From a virus: DNA of 64,000 bases. The translations under genes and the position numbers were made by a program. Under the pieces are notes generated by a model. It did not search any database. It was not told the origin of the DNA and saw only the letters and a program-made list of their open reading frames with translations. Below, piece by piece: positions 24,499 to 33,711 of the stretch. Numbering within the stretch: position 1 is the stretch's first letter; every line of letters begins with the position of its first letter. The stretch lies in IMG/VR virus record IMGVR_UViG_3300045988_136773; one strand, written 5' to 3'.

Positions 24499-25275
24499 TC
24501 ATGCATCAATGTCTACCCCAAGTTCTTGTAAGAGTCGTTTTTCACCAAATGGAGTAATCAGTGTCTGCGTGTACAGCAAATAGCCGGTTTCTGAAAGCCG
24601 ACGCTTTACGACAAACCACCCTGCATTTGCATACTTCTCGGTAGGGTAATTTCTGTGATCTCTGTCACTGTACAGAAATCCGTTTTCTCTCAACCATGCA
24701 AACATGCCCTTACGCCCAAATGTTACGCCGTAGTAATCCCTCAGCTTTCTGGTAAATGTGTAAACGTCAATTCCAATTGGTTCAAACGATTTAGAATTAT
24801 CAGATTTAGCATCATACGTTTTGGCATCTGACTTGAACGTCTTGCACGTTTCCAATTGTCTGGTCATGCTCTGAATCGTATCTGATTGTGATTTGATGAT
24901 GTCGTACAAGTATTTTACATCTGGTGCTGTAGATTCATTTAGGATACGACTTCGAATGTCTGGAAGTACTTCTGACGTAATCCAACGCTTGAATAGAAGT
25001 CTGCTGTACAAGTCACTGAAGTTGACAAGACTGTAGAAGCCACCCTCATTGATGACTGGCACGGGTTGAATCTCGCCACCAATATTACAATTCACCATGC
25101 ACTTATCCCCACAATCTACATGCTTGACCATGGCTTCTCTTGGGTTGCTGTATCCGAGTGCAGTTGCAATATCTTTTGTGAAGAAGTATGGTGTGCTATT
25201 GATGATCAATGTGCGAACTTCTCCGAAATGCTCGTTAGAGTAATGTGTGACTGCATATGTAGTTTCTTTCATCAT
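24499..25275 (-). CDS. Bro-N domain antirepressor-like protein
   Basis: The start MMKETTY at 25275 follows GAAAGGAAA. Bro-N domain: HFGEVRTLIINSTPYFFTKDIATALGYSNPREAMVKHVD. Confidence 0.7.
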   Translation of the reverse strand: MMKETTYAVTHYSNEHFGEVRTLIINSTPYFFTKDIATALGYSNPREAMVKHVDCGDKCMVNCNIGGEIQPVPVINEGGFYSLVNFSDLYSRLLFKRWITSEVLPDIRSRILNESTAPDVKYLYDIIKSQSDTIQSMTRQLETCKTFKSDAKTYDAKSDNSKSFEPIGIDVYTFTRKLRDYYGVTFGRKGMFAWLRENGFLYSDRDHRNYPTEKYANAGWFVVKRRLSETGYLLYTQTLITPFGEKRLLQELGVDIDA

Positions 25276-25545
25276 AATTTTCCTTTCAGATTTTTGACTA
25301 TCAACTTTTGTTTCGCAGTGTGCGTTTTTGCTTCTAAAACATATAACGAGGGACACCGCAAGAAGTGAAAATATGGTGATGGATTTTCAAGTGTTCAGTA
25401 CAGTTTGCATGATGATTCAAGCATTACGAACACGGGGCATGGAATCTGTTTATGACTTAAACATGATTTAAAATCCATATTATAGTCACAGCGAATATGA
25501 GAATATGCTACTCAAACTATGCAAATTAGACGTTTAGCTAGTCAT

Positions 25546-25600
25546 AAATTTGCAATTTAGCGAGTTTTTCAAGATTTTTGAAAAGTCAAATTGCAAATTT
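25546..25600. repeat. 13-bp perfect inverted repeat AAATTTGCAATTT / AAATTGCAAATTT enclosing a second palindrome TTTTCAA..TTGAAAA
   Basis: Arms at 25546-25558 and 25588-25600, with the nested inverted repeat at about 25566-25585. Confidence 0.85.
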
Positions 25601-25659
25601 TCACACCGTTAAATTGAAAATATCGTGCAGAGATTCAGGTATATACTATATTATATAAT

Positions 25660-25702
25660 AATAAAATATAATAAAATATAATAAAACCTCTCTAATAAAA
25701 CC
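25660..25702. repeat. 10-bp phased A-tract tandem repeats (AATAAAATAT x2, then AATAAAACC x2)
   Basis: Read directly at 25660-25669, 25670-25679, 25680-25688 and 25694-25702. Confidence 0.85.
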
Positions 25703-25855
25703 TAATGAAATTTAAGGGAGATTAGAATTGGGGGCAATTTCCTTAAACAATGAACAAAATAGATTTTTTATGAAAGCCGATTTTGAGTTCATCGTTAGGG
25801 TTTAATGTCAGGGTGATGCCCTACAAATCCACAAAACAGATATGGAGGAATATCT

Positions 25856-26653
25856 ATGAGACGAATTGAAAGTGCAGTTGCAAGTGCAGATCGAGTACTA
25901 GCTTATGCCAAAGAGCAAGCAAATAAAAAATCGACAACCATGTATGACAACACAATGGATCAAACTGCACACATCATCAAAGCCTGTGATGAAGCAATTA
26001 AAATCCTAACCAGACGGATGACTTCTGCTATACCGAGAAACTATGTACCTGATACACAGGATAAACCGTCCTTTTCTAGAATCAATCACTTGTATGCAAA
26101 AACACTCGACGCATTTCAGTATTACCCGATACCAATTCCAGCAATTTCTCAGTGTGCTTATTATCTTTCCAGATGGTTTCATATCCGGATTTTGACTAAG
26201 TATACAGGTAAAGATTTAAAACTCCACTGCAAGTATTATCGGAATTTAATCCCATCATTAGTAATTTCTTATGGATATTATCTAGAGCATGGGCAACTTA
26301 ATGCGTTTCATGATGCATTTCAGAAATTTGAATCTGATTTGAAATCTGGGGATTGCAGATATGCACTTCCGTTTAATGCATTTCAGATTGCCAAGTCCAA
26401 CGCAGGACTATACGGTAATTTTGCTTCTCAGCTGATTTTTGACTACCTGTGGGACTATGGTTTGGATCGCCTTTCATTTTGTGAACCTAAGTATGATTCA
26501 AACTTTCGGGCGTGCGGATTGCGAAAAAATATCATAACTGAGAAACTTATGGATTCAAATATCCCTGAACTAGATGCATACGATGGTGATTATGAGTCAA
26601 ATCTTTCGTATCTTAGTCAGTTTTCAGTTGTTGGAGGAGAGTTGAGTGAGTAA
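25856..26653 (+). CDS. hypothetical protein, first gene of the replication block
   Basis: ORF track. RBS is GGAGG. Confidence 0.55.
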   Translation: MRRIESAVASADRVLAYAKEQANKKSTTMYDNTMDQTAHIIKACDEAIKILTRRMTSAIPRNYVPDTQDKPSFSRINHLYAKTLDAFQYYPIPIPAISQCAYYLSRWFHIRILTKYTGKDLKLHCKYYRNLIPSLVISYGYYLEHGQLNAFHDAFQKFESDLKSGDCRYALPFNAFQIAKSNAGLYGNFASQLIFDYLWDYGLDRLSFCEPKYDSNFRACGLRKNIITEKLMDSNIPELDAYDGDYESNLSYLSQFSVVGGELSE

Positions 26654-27773
26654 GATTAAGTTTACACAGATTCCAGATAAGTTCAAGTATCCGGCAAAGT
26701 GTAAAGGTGCTTTATCTACAAAGCATTCTGAGATTGTGACCTATGTTGTTGACCACTTTCGGAATTCTATAAAATACAAAAACCAAGTTATAACTGCTCT
26801 GAACACAGCGAGTTATTATGCAGTTTCTGATGACACCTGGCCAGAATCATGGAATTTGAATGATCCCTTTCAGTCTATGCCAGTTGTTCCAGACGACTCC
26901 ATATTCGACGTGTTGGGTAGCTTGTATTTAAATCTTGCAGATATCGAATGGGATGTTGTAGAATCCAATTCTTCAATTGATTTCCAGGAAACAATAGAAT
27001 CGACATCATCAATGGTGACTTGTAAATCTAGCACCATGCGTCAAGCAACACCGACACCGAAAGAAGATCTGTATATTCGACCACCAATGATTCCACAATT
27101 CGACGTAACAAAACCGTGGTTGCAGGAAGTTGTAAATGGTCAGGAGTATGTGATTTATACATCCCTTCCAGTTATTCCAGAAAATCAAAGTCAGATCTCA
27201 GTGACTACAGATATCTCGAAAATGAAATCATCCGATTTGCTTAATCTGTTTCCAAACCGCTGTATACATACTAGAGCCGCTGTTATGTATGAGCCATATG
27301 GTGATCTTGCTTTTGATGAGAACCTTGGGGTTATATTTCCAATCGAAGGATTTACACATGATGAAGTGAGAGATAACATTATCCGATATCCCCACCTGTA
27401 CAAGCTAATGCGTGTTGTTGATGGAAAATTTGTAAGCTTCTACCAAAATATAGAACTAAACGGAGAGCTGCATGACGTTTTGCAGGTGTGGAATGAGCTT
27501 CCAGACAGCAAGTACATCCCAAAGTCCACGGAATACATCAAGGAATATGTTGTACGGCGTTTCCTACTTGAACGTGACAAATTACATACCCAAACTAAAT
27601 GGGCGTTATACGGGACGCTAGAGCCATTTCTGACGCTTTTCATGGAATCCGAAAAATATGCCACTTATGGCTATGCAGATTCTTTAGCTCTTGCATCTCA
27701 ATGTGTAAAATCTCGTGTTTCATATAAACAATCTAGAAATCCAATTTTGAGGGCGGTGAACTACGCTAAATGA
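26646..27773 (+). CDS. hypothetical protein
   Basis: ORF track. GTG start after GGAGGAG, with translational coupling to both neighbours. Confidence 0.55.
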   Translation: MSKIKFTQIPDKFKYPAKCKGALSTKHSEIVTYVVDHFRNSIKYKNQVITALNTASYYAVSDDTWPESWNLNDPFQSMPVVPDDSIFDVLGSLYLNLADIEWDVVESNSSIDFQETIESTSSMVTCKSSTMRQATPTPKEDLYIRPPMIPQFDVTKPWLQEVVNGQEYVIYTSLPVIPENQSQISVTTDISKMKSSDLLNLFPNRCIHTRAAVMYEPYGDLAFDENLGVIFPIEGFTHDEVRDNIIRYPHLYKLMRVVDGKFVSFYQNIELNGELHDVLQVWNELPDSKYIPKSTEYIKEYVVRRFLLERDKLHTQTKWALYGTLEPFLTLFMESEKYATYGYADSLALASQCVKSRVSYKQSRNPILRAVNYAK

Positions 27774-28360
27774 GATCTTGTATTTTCAGTGCTCATTGCA
27801 CTGAACCAGTTTGTGACTTAGCATGCCCGTCACTAGTAGAAACAACATACTTGCTAGAGCGAAATCACATTGACATGCAAAATTCGGTTTATAACACATC
27901 TCGAAAAATACTGGATCGAGTATGCGATATACTAGATCATGCTGAAAATAAGCTTTGTACTGTTGAGACAAATGACACTATAGCGTCGTCTAACTTGCTT
28001 ACATACTGTGCTATATGCAAACATTGGAAAGGTAATAGATTACACTGTAACGTGTATCATTTGAGCTTTTCATCATATCTGGATGATATTCAAAAAAGCT
28101 GGTCCGCAAAAGATACTCCAGAAGATTTGGAATACGCACAGATATGGTCTAGCACTGCAAAAGTTTTGGTCATCTCAAATATTGACTATGTGCAGTTTAA
28201 GGATTTTCAAGCACAGACTTTGTTGAACTTAATTCATAACCGACAGGCTAGCAATTTGACAACTATCATTGTATCCCCAAAAGTGAGCAGTTTGATTGGT
28301 AGTGGTCTATTTTTCAACAAACTTCAATCTGTACTTAGAGGGGCGGTGATGTCAGCGTGA
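27770..28360 (+). CDS. hypothetical protein (possible degenerate DnaC-like helicase loader)
   Basis: ATGA overlap with the upstream gene. KVLVISNIDY and TTIIVSP resemble Walker B and sensor I, but no Walker A was seen. It sits directly upstream of the helicase. Confidence 0.3.
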   Translation: MRSCIFSAHCTEPVCDLACPSLVETTYLLERNHIDMQNSVYNTSRKILDRVCDILDHAENKLCTVETNDTIASSNLLTYCAICKHWKGNRLHCNVYHLSFSSYLDDIQKSWSAKDTPEDLEYAQIWSSTAKVLVISNIDYVQFKDFQAQTLLNLIHNRQASNLTTIIVSPKVSSLIGSGLFFNKLQSVLRGAVMSA

Positions 28361-29688
28361 ATGGTTCCATTGAATTGCAAATGATATCGAAAATTTTGAC
28401 TTGTGATTCACAATCTGACGTTGAAAAACTCTGTGAATTTGACGAAAGCTATTATTCAATCTTCAGACCACATATCCAGTTTATCATGCGGCATCGTGAT
28501 AAATATGGAGAGGTTCCGGATGTTTTCACATTTCAGTCGGAATTTGAGGATGTTGCACTAGTTCGCGTAGATGAACCGATTGAGTACTTAATTCATGAAA
28601 TAAATAAAAACAAGCAGCGCATCATGCTTGTTGAAACTTTTAACAAGCTAAAAGACTTAGGATCTGCTGATGTTACAGAAGCATGGGAGTACTTATCAAA
28701 CCAGTGCGAGAGAGTGGCTATGCTTGATTCATCTCAACCAATGGATTTGGTGAAGGATTCAGAACAGAGAAGCGATCAAGTTTTAGAATATAGTCAGCAA
28801 GAACGAATTCCTACAGGGTTTGACGAAATCGATAAGTGTATGTATGGTGGTTTGTCTACTGTAGAGGAACTTGTAATTCTAGTTGCTCGTACAAATACTG
28901 GTAAGTCATGGGTTGGCACAAGAATGATGGAATCTGCACAAGGTCATGGATTTCCAGTTTTATATTATTCACCGGAAATGCAGGCTAGTTTTCTCGGAAC
29001 TCGATTTGATACATGGCGTGGAAAATTTCAAAATAACCTGCTGTTTCAAGGTCAATATACAGAGCAATATCATGCTTATTTGAAAGATCTTGCATCACAG
29101 ACAACTAGTGCATACGTTTTGGAGGACAAAGATGCTCCAGACGAAGTTGTGAATGTACCATTTTTGAAAAAGCTTGTGAAAAAACATAAGATCAAGCTTT
29201 TAGTCATAGACGGTCTGTCATATATGTCTGATACTGAGAAATCTGATAAAGATTACACCAAGTATAAAAATCTATGTGCGGATCTGTTCCGGCTCAGTAA
29301 ACAATGTGGATGTGCTGTAGTAGTTATGATGCAGGCAAATCGTGAATCCAGAAACAACAAGGATGATAAAGGGGAAGTGTTTCCAAACATTTACAACATC
29401 GAAGGATCTGACCATCCTGCCAGAATTGCTACTCAGGTGTTTGCTATGCGACAGATATTCGATAAACATGTTCTGGACATACGCTTAGAGAAAGCAAGAA
29501 ATGCAAATAATCAGAAACCAGAGTTTTCCTATGCATGGGATATCAATACTGGCAATATGAAATATCTCCCAAGTGCTGATACTATGCCGGCTACAATTGC
29601 TCCAAAGGTTGATCTTAGCGGTACTGTAAGTGTCAATCAACCAGATACGAGCATTGTATTAGAGGATTCTGAGGATGTTGAATTTTAA
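28357..29688 (+). CDS. DnaB-like replicative helicase
   Basis: PTGFDEIDKCMYGGLSTVEELVILVARTNTGKSW (Walker A), LLVIDGLSYM (Walker B) and MMQANRE match DnaB C-terminal domain motifs. Confidence 0.8.
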   Translation: MNGSIELQMISKILTCDSQSDVEKLCEFDESYYSIFRPHIQFIMRHRDKYGEVPDVFTFQSEFEDVALVRVDEPIEYLIHEINKNKQRIMLVETFNKLKDLGSADVTEAWEYLSNQCERVAMLDSSQPMDLVKDSEQRSDQVLEYSQQERIPTGFDEIDKCMYGGLSTVEELVILVARTNTGKSWVGTRMMESAQGHGFPVLYYSPEMQASFLGTRFDTWRGKFQNNLLFQGQYTEQYHAYLKDLASQTTSAYVLEDKDAPDEVVNVPFLKKLVKKHKIKLLVIDGLSYMSDTEKSDKDYTKYKNLCADLFRLSKQCGCAVVVMMQANRESRNNKDDKGEVFPNIYNIEGSDHPARIATQVFAMRQIFDKHVLDIRLEKARNANNQKPEFSYAWDINTGNMKYLPSADTMPATIAPKVDLSGTVSVNQPDTSIVLEDSEDVEF

Positions 29689-29705
29689 TCAGTTGAGGTG
29701 TAAGT

Positions 29706-30701
29706 ATGCTTGATATTATATCCGTTTTAGATAAGCTAGAATCCATGAAACTCATCCGGACAAGCCGTAAAGTGGGTAACTATATGCAGATATATTGCCC
29801 GTTTCATTCTGATGGTAAGGAACGTAAACCATCATGTGGTGTTCTGATTTCAGATGAGTACAGAAATGGTCATCGCTATCCAGCAGGGTTTTGTCATTGT
29901 TTTGCATGCCAGTATGCACACACTTTGGATGAGATGATTTCAGATCTTCTGAAATTACATAATATTTCAAAATCCGGATTAGACTGGCTGAAAGAAAACA
30001 TTCCTGGATTTGATGATGATTTAGCGTCATTTGACTTTTTGCTGGATGGAGATACTGTAACATCACTCGTAAACCAGTACGCTATCGATTACTTGAAAAT
30101 ACATTCAAAGACAGAACAAACTTATGTTTCAGAAGAAGAACTTTCAAAGTATCGATATACTGTTCCATATATGTATGATCGTAAACTGACTGATGCTATT
30201 ATAGAAAAGTTTGATATAGGGTATGACGGAAATTGGATTGCTCCCGGCAGAAAAAAGCCTACACCATGCATTACGTTTCCTGTTCGTGATAAATCCGGTC
30301 ATACGTTATTTTTCTGTCGTCGATCTATTGCAGGCAAATTTTTTAATTACCCAACAGGTGTTACAAAGCCTGTATATGGATTATATGAACTTCCTGCTAA
30401 TTGTAAATCTGTTATTGTCTGCGAAAGCTGTTTCAATGCACTAACATGTTGGGTGTATGAGAAACCTGCTGTTGCTTTGCTTGGAACTGGAAACTCATAT
30501 CAAATTCAACAGTTAAAGGAACTTGGTGTAAATGAGTTTGTTCTAGCATTTGATCCAGACGAGGCAGGGCGTAAGGCTACAGAAAAATTAAAACGTGCAT
30601 TGCATAGCGTTGCAATTGTATGGTCTTACGCAAATATTCCTGCTGGTAAGGATATAAATGATCTTACAAAAGATGAGTTTGATAACTTATACGTCGAGTA
30701 A
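29706..30701 (+). CDS. DNA primase (CHC2 zinc finger + Toprim)
   Basis: CPFHSDGKERKPSCGV..CFAC forms the zinc finger. VIVCESCFNALT and AFDPDEAGRKA match Toprim. Confidence 0.8.
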   Translation: MLDIISVLDKLESMKLIRTSRKVGNYMQIYCPFHSDGKERKPSCGVLISDEYRNGHRYPAGFCHCFACQYAHTLDEMISDLLKLHNISKSGLDWLKENIPGFDDDLASFDFLLDGDTVTSLVNQYAIDYLKIHSKTEQTYVSEEELSKYRYTVPYMYDRKLTDAIIEKFDIGYDGNWIAPGRKKPTPCITFPVRDKSGHTLFFCRRSIAGKFFNYPTGVTKPVYGLYELPANCKSVIVCESCFNALTCWVYEKPAVALLGTGNSYQIQQLKELGVNEFVLAFDPDEAGRKATEKLKRALHSVAIVWSYANIPAGKDINDLTKDEFDNLYVE

Positions 30702-30720
30702 AATTGCGAGGTGAAACATA

Positions 30721-31098
30721 ATGGCAAAAACTGTGAAGCATAAAAACTCTACAGATCTTGAATCTGTATTGCGTTATTTTAGAGAAACCGTTTTACAGCA
30801 TGATCACGCAAAAGAATCTGTTTCTATCCATGATAAAAAGACAAATGATTTTAATCATGCACTAGAACTCGAAGATTTGAATTATGCAGATCGAGCTAGA
30901 TTAGCCACAAAGCAGATGGAAAACTTAAAGAAAAGACGAGCAGCCAAGGATTATGTGTACGAGTGTCAAGCTCTCGTAGATGTGCTAAGCAGTCCAGAGG
31001 GCATTCGGTTTATAAATAAGTTAAATGAGGCTTTAGGTGCTATGAGAAAACAGGAAAAGCAACATGAATCTCGAGTATACAAGAAGAGATTTCAATGA
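30721..31098 (+). CDS. hypothetical protein
   Basis: ORF track. RBS is GAGGTGA. Confidence 0.5.
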   Translation: MAKTVKHKNSTDLESVLRYFRETVLQHDHAKESVSIHDKKTNDFNHALELEDLNYADRARLATKQMENLKKRRAAKDYVYECQALVDVLSSPEGIRFINKLNEALGAMRKQEKQHESRVYKKRFQ

Positions 31099-31181
31099 CA
31101 TTTCAGTTCACTCGTTATATATAGTAGCAGGAGGTCAGACTGCAAATTAAACATATCGAAATAAAACTGGAGGAATTCTAA

Positions 31182-31904
31182 ATGGGATTTAAGACAGCAA
31201 ATCAGTATGAAGAAGAAAAATATGCAGGTAAGTTTCGGCTTGCCGATGATGGAGATATGGCAGATGTGATTCCGCTGTATCAGAGTAAGAATGATGTGCT
31301 CATTGCTGATGTACACTACATCAAGAGTGCAGATTATTCAGGTTATGTGCATTGTTGCGGTACAGGATGCCCCGCATGCAGTAGAGGTATTCGTAGACAG
31401 ACAAAGTTGTTCATTCCGCTTTACAATGTAGTAGAAAATGAAATTCAGTTCTGGGATCGTACACAGAAGTTTCTGCCACAAGTTCATAAGGACTTTTTTG
31501 GAAATGATCGATATCCGAATCCGTCTGAGTTCGTGTATCGAATCACCAGAAACGGTGCAGCAGGGGATATGGCTACCCGATACATCATCATGGTTGTCGG
31601 TAAGAATACAACGTTGCCGTATGATATGATTCTGTCTAATAACAAGGCAGTTATGCCTGACTATTACGAACATATCTGCAAGGAAGTAGATGCCGGAACT
31701 CTATCTACATGGATTGACAGCGCGTCATCTGGAAATAGTTATGGAGATTCAAGTAACATTCCAGAGTATGTTCCGGTACCGAGAGCTTATGCATCATCTG
31801 GAGAGAATACAGCAACCACTCCGACTAATGAAGATTTTAGTGAGTTACCTGATTCGTCTATGGCTGATGTTATGGAACTCGATGATTCAGATGTTCCGTT
31901 TTAA
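31182..31904 (+). CDS. ssDNA-binding protein-like (Cys cluster, acidic tail ending DSDVPF)
   Basis: The acidic C-terminal tail ..MELDDSDVPF resembles the SSB DDDIPF tip. HCCGTGCPAC is a putative Zn site. It sits in the replication block. Confidence 0.5.
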   Translation: MGFKTANQYEEEKYAGKFRLADDGDMADVIPLYQSKNDVLIADVHYIKSADYSGYVHCCGTGCPACSRGIRRQTKLFIPLYNVVENEIQFWDRTQKFLPQVHKDFFGNDRYPNPSEFVYRITRNGAAGDMATRYIIMVVGKNTTLPYDMILSNNKAVMPDYYEHICKEVDAGTLSTWIDSASSGNSYGDSSNIPEYVPVPRAYASSGENTATTPTNEDFSELPDSSMADVMELDDSDVPF

Positions 31905-31986
31905 TTTAATCCGATTCAATCCGTATAAATGACAAATGCCCTCTTTGAGAATTCATAGAGGGCATCTTGATAGAGGTGATAATCTC

Positions 31987-33348
31987 ATGGGACTATTTAA
32001 TGCTGCTCAGATGTCGCAGATAAAAGCGGCAGCTGTAAAAAGCAATAATGCTCTAACTGTTCCAGCAAAACGGAAAACAGTGTCTAAGAGCATCACATCA
32101 GACCTTGAAGAAATTTCACGAAACGTGGAAGAGTATTTCAAGGATTCTAATGCTATCCTCATTACGTCAAAAGCACAGCTACATGATTACGTTACAGAAC
32201 TTATAAAGACTGGCTACGCTGCAATTGATACAGAAACTACAGGTCTGGATCGGTTAAATGACACAATTGTTGGATCATCTTTATACTATCCTGGTGGTGT
32301 AGAGTGTTATATTCCAAATAAACACATTGTACCTATTTTTGATGAACCGTATGCAAATCAGCTTACATACGAAGATGTGACAGAAGAATATCAAAGAATA
32401 GCAGATAGCGATGTAAGACTGATTTTCGCAAATGCTGATTTCGACCTTGCTATGATCTACAAAGACCTCAAAGTAGATTTTATTAAGAGCTGCTACTATG
32501 ATTGTATCACTGCATGGCGCTGTCTGAAGGAAAATGAGAAAGATAACTCATTGAAGGGGTTGTATTGTAAATATGTATTGCGAGGTAAGGGAGATCCGAT
32601 GAAATTTCGAGATTTCTTTACGCCTGCACAGTTTCCATATTGTCGTCCTGAAATTGCAAAATTGTACGCTGCACATGATGCTAAGATTACCTATGAGTTA
32701 TTTATGTGGCAGTTGCCCTATTTACTGAAAGATAATCCAAAGTGCAAAAAACATGGATTTGAAGCAATTGCAGATTTGGTATGGAATGTAGAATTTCCCA
32801 TGATTGCAATTTGTCAGAATATGCACAGACGAGGCATTTATCTGGAAAAGTCGATGGCAAAGATGCTGCATGCGAAGTATATCCCAACACTGGAAAAAGA
32901 ACGTAGCAAGCTTCGTGATATGGTTCAGGAATTGATAGATGATCCAAAATATGTTACTAATACCAGATGCCCATTTAATTCAAGCGTTGATTTCAATGAA
33001 TGCTCATCAAAGCATGTTACATGGATTGTGTATGACCTATTACGTCTTGGTGATCCAAAACATAGAGGTACTGATAAATCAATTCTTAGTACATTTAATG
33101 TTCCGGTTGTCAATCAGATATTGAAGTGTCGGAGCTTGGTAACTTTGATTTCTACGTTTGTAGAAAAATTGCCAAATGCAACTTCTCCGGATAGCAGAAT
33201 TCATTGTGAGTTCCGAGCAATAGGAGCTGATACTGGGCGCATGTCATCCAAGTCACCAAACATGCAGAACATTCCTAGTAAGCATAATGATATTCGGCAT
33301 ATGTTCCGTGCAACTCCTGGATATGTACTTTTATCGTCAGACTTCAGT
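31987..33348 (+). CDS. polA: family A DNA polymerase, exon 1 (3'-5' exonuclease and start of the pol domain, ending inside motif A ..LLSSDFS)
   Basis: ATG at 31987 follows AGAGGTGA. The ExoI motif AIDTETTGL is present. The frame continues 17 nt into the intron to a TGA at 33364-33366. Confidence 0.85.
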
Positions 33349-33711
33349 TTACGGAAAGTTGGCTGAAGTAAAACTCTGTTAATTCGGGGAATGCCTATGA
33401 GATGTGGTTCACTTATGGGTTAATCCCGAGCAAGGTGCTATAGTACCGTGTGTAGAGATCATCGAAAGCTAGAAATTGACATTTGTAGAAATACATAAAT
33501 ATGAGTTTTCAATCATAGGTCAGTTGAGATAACCAAGTTAGTAGAGTACAGCTCAGGCGAGTTAGTGTTTAGGTGATATTACCCTATTGTAAATCTATTA
33601 AATGGAAATTCAGAGATTTGTGTATATGTGGTAACAGCTATGCACATTTAAGAGTTGATCCGACACCCTTAGTAATAAGGGAAGCGTTTAGCGAACGCAT
33701 AACCGATAAAG
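33349..33711 (+). ncRNA. group I intron (363 nt, no ORF) splitting polA motif A
   Basis: The exon junction restores DFS|QQEPK. The 5' exon ends in U and the intron ends in G. P1 pairs CUUCAGU (33342-33348) with GCUGAAG (33362-33368), with a U:G pair at the splice site. A 4-bp P10 joins 33358-33361 to 33712-33715. Confidence 0.75.

Noticed and set aside
25660-25702. Short tandem repeats, considered as a possible CRISPR array.
   Set aside because: The units are 10 bp with no spacers of unique sequence and no cas genes. They are A-tract tandem repeats, not a CRISPR.
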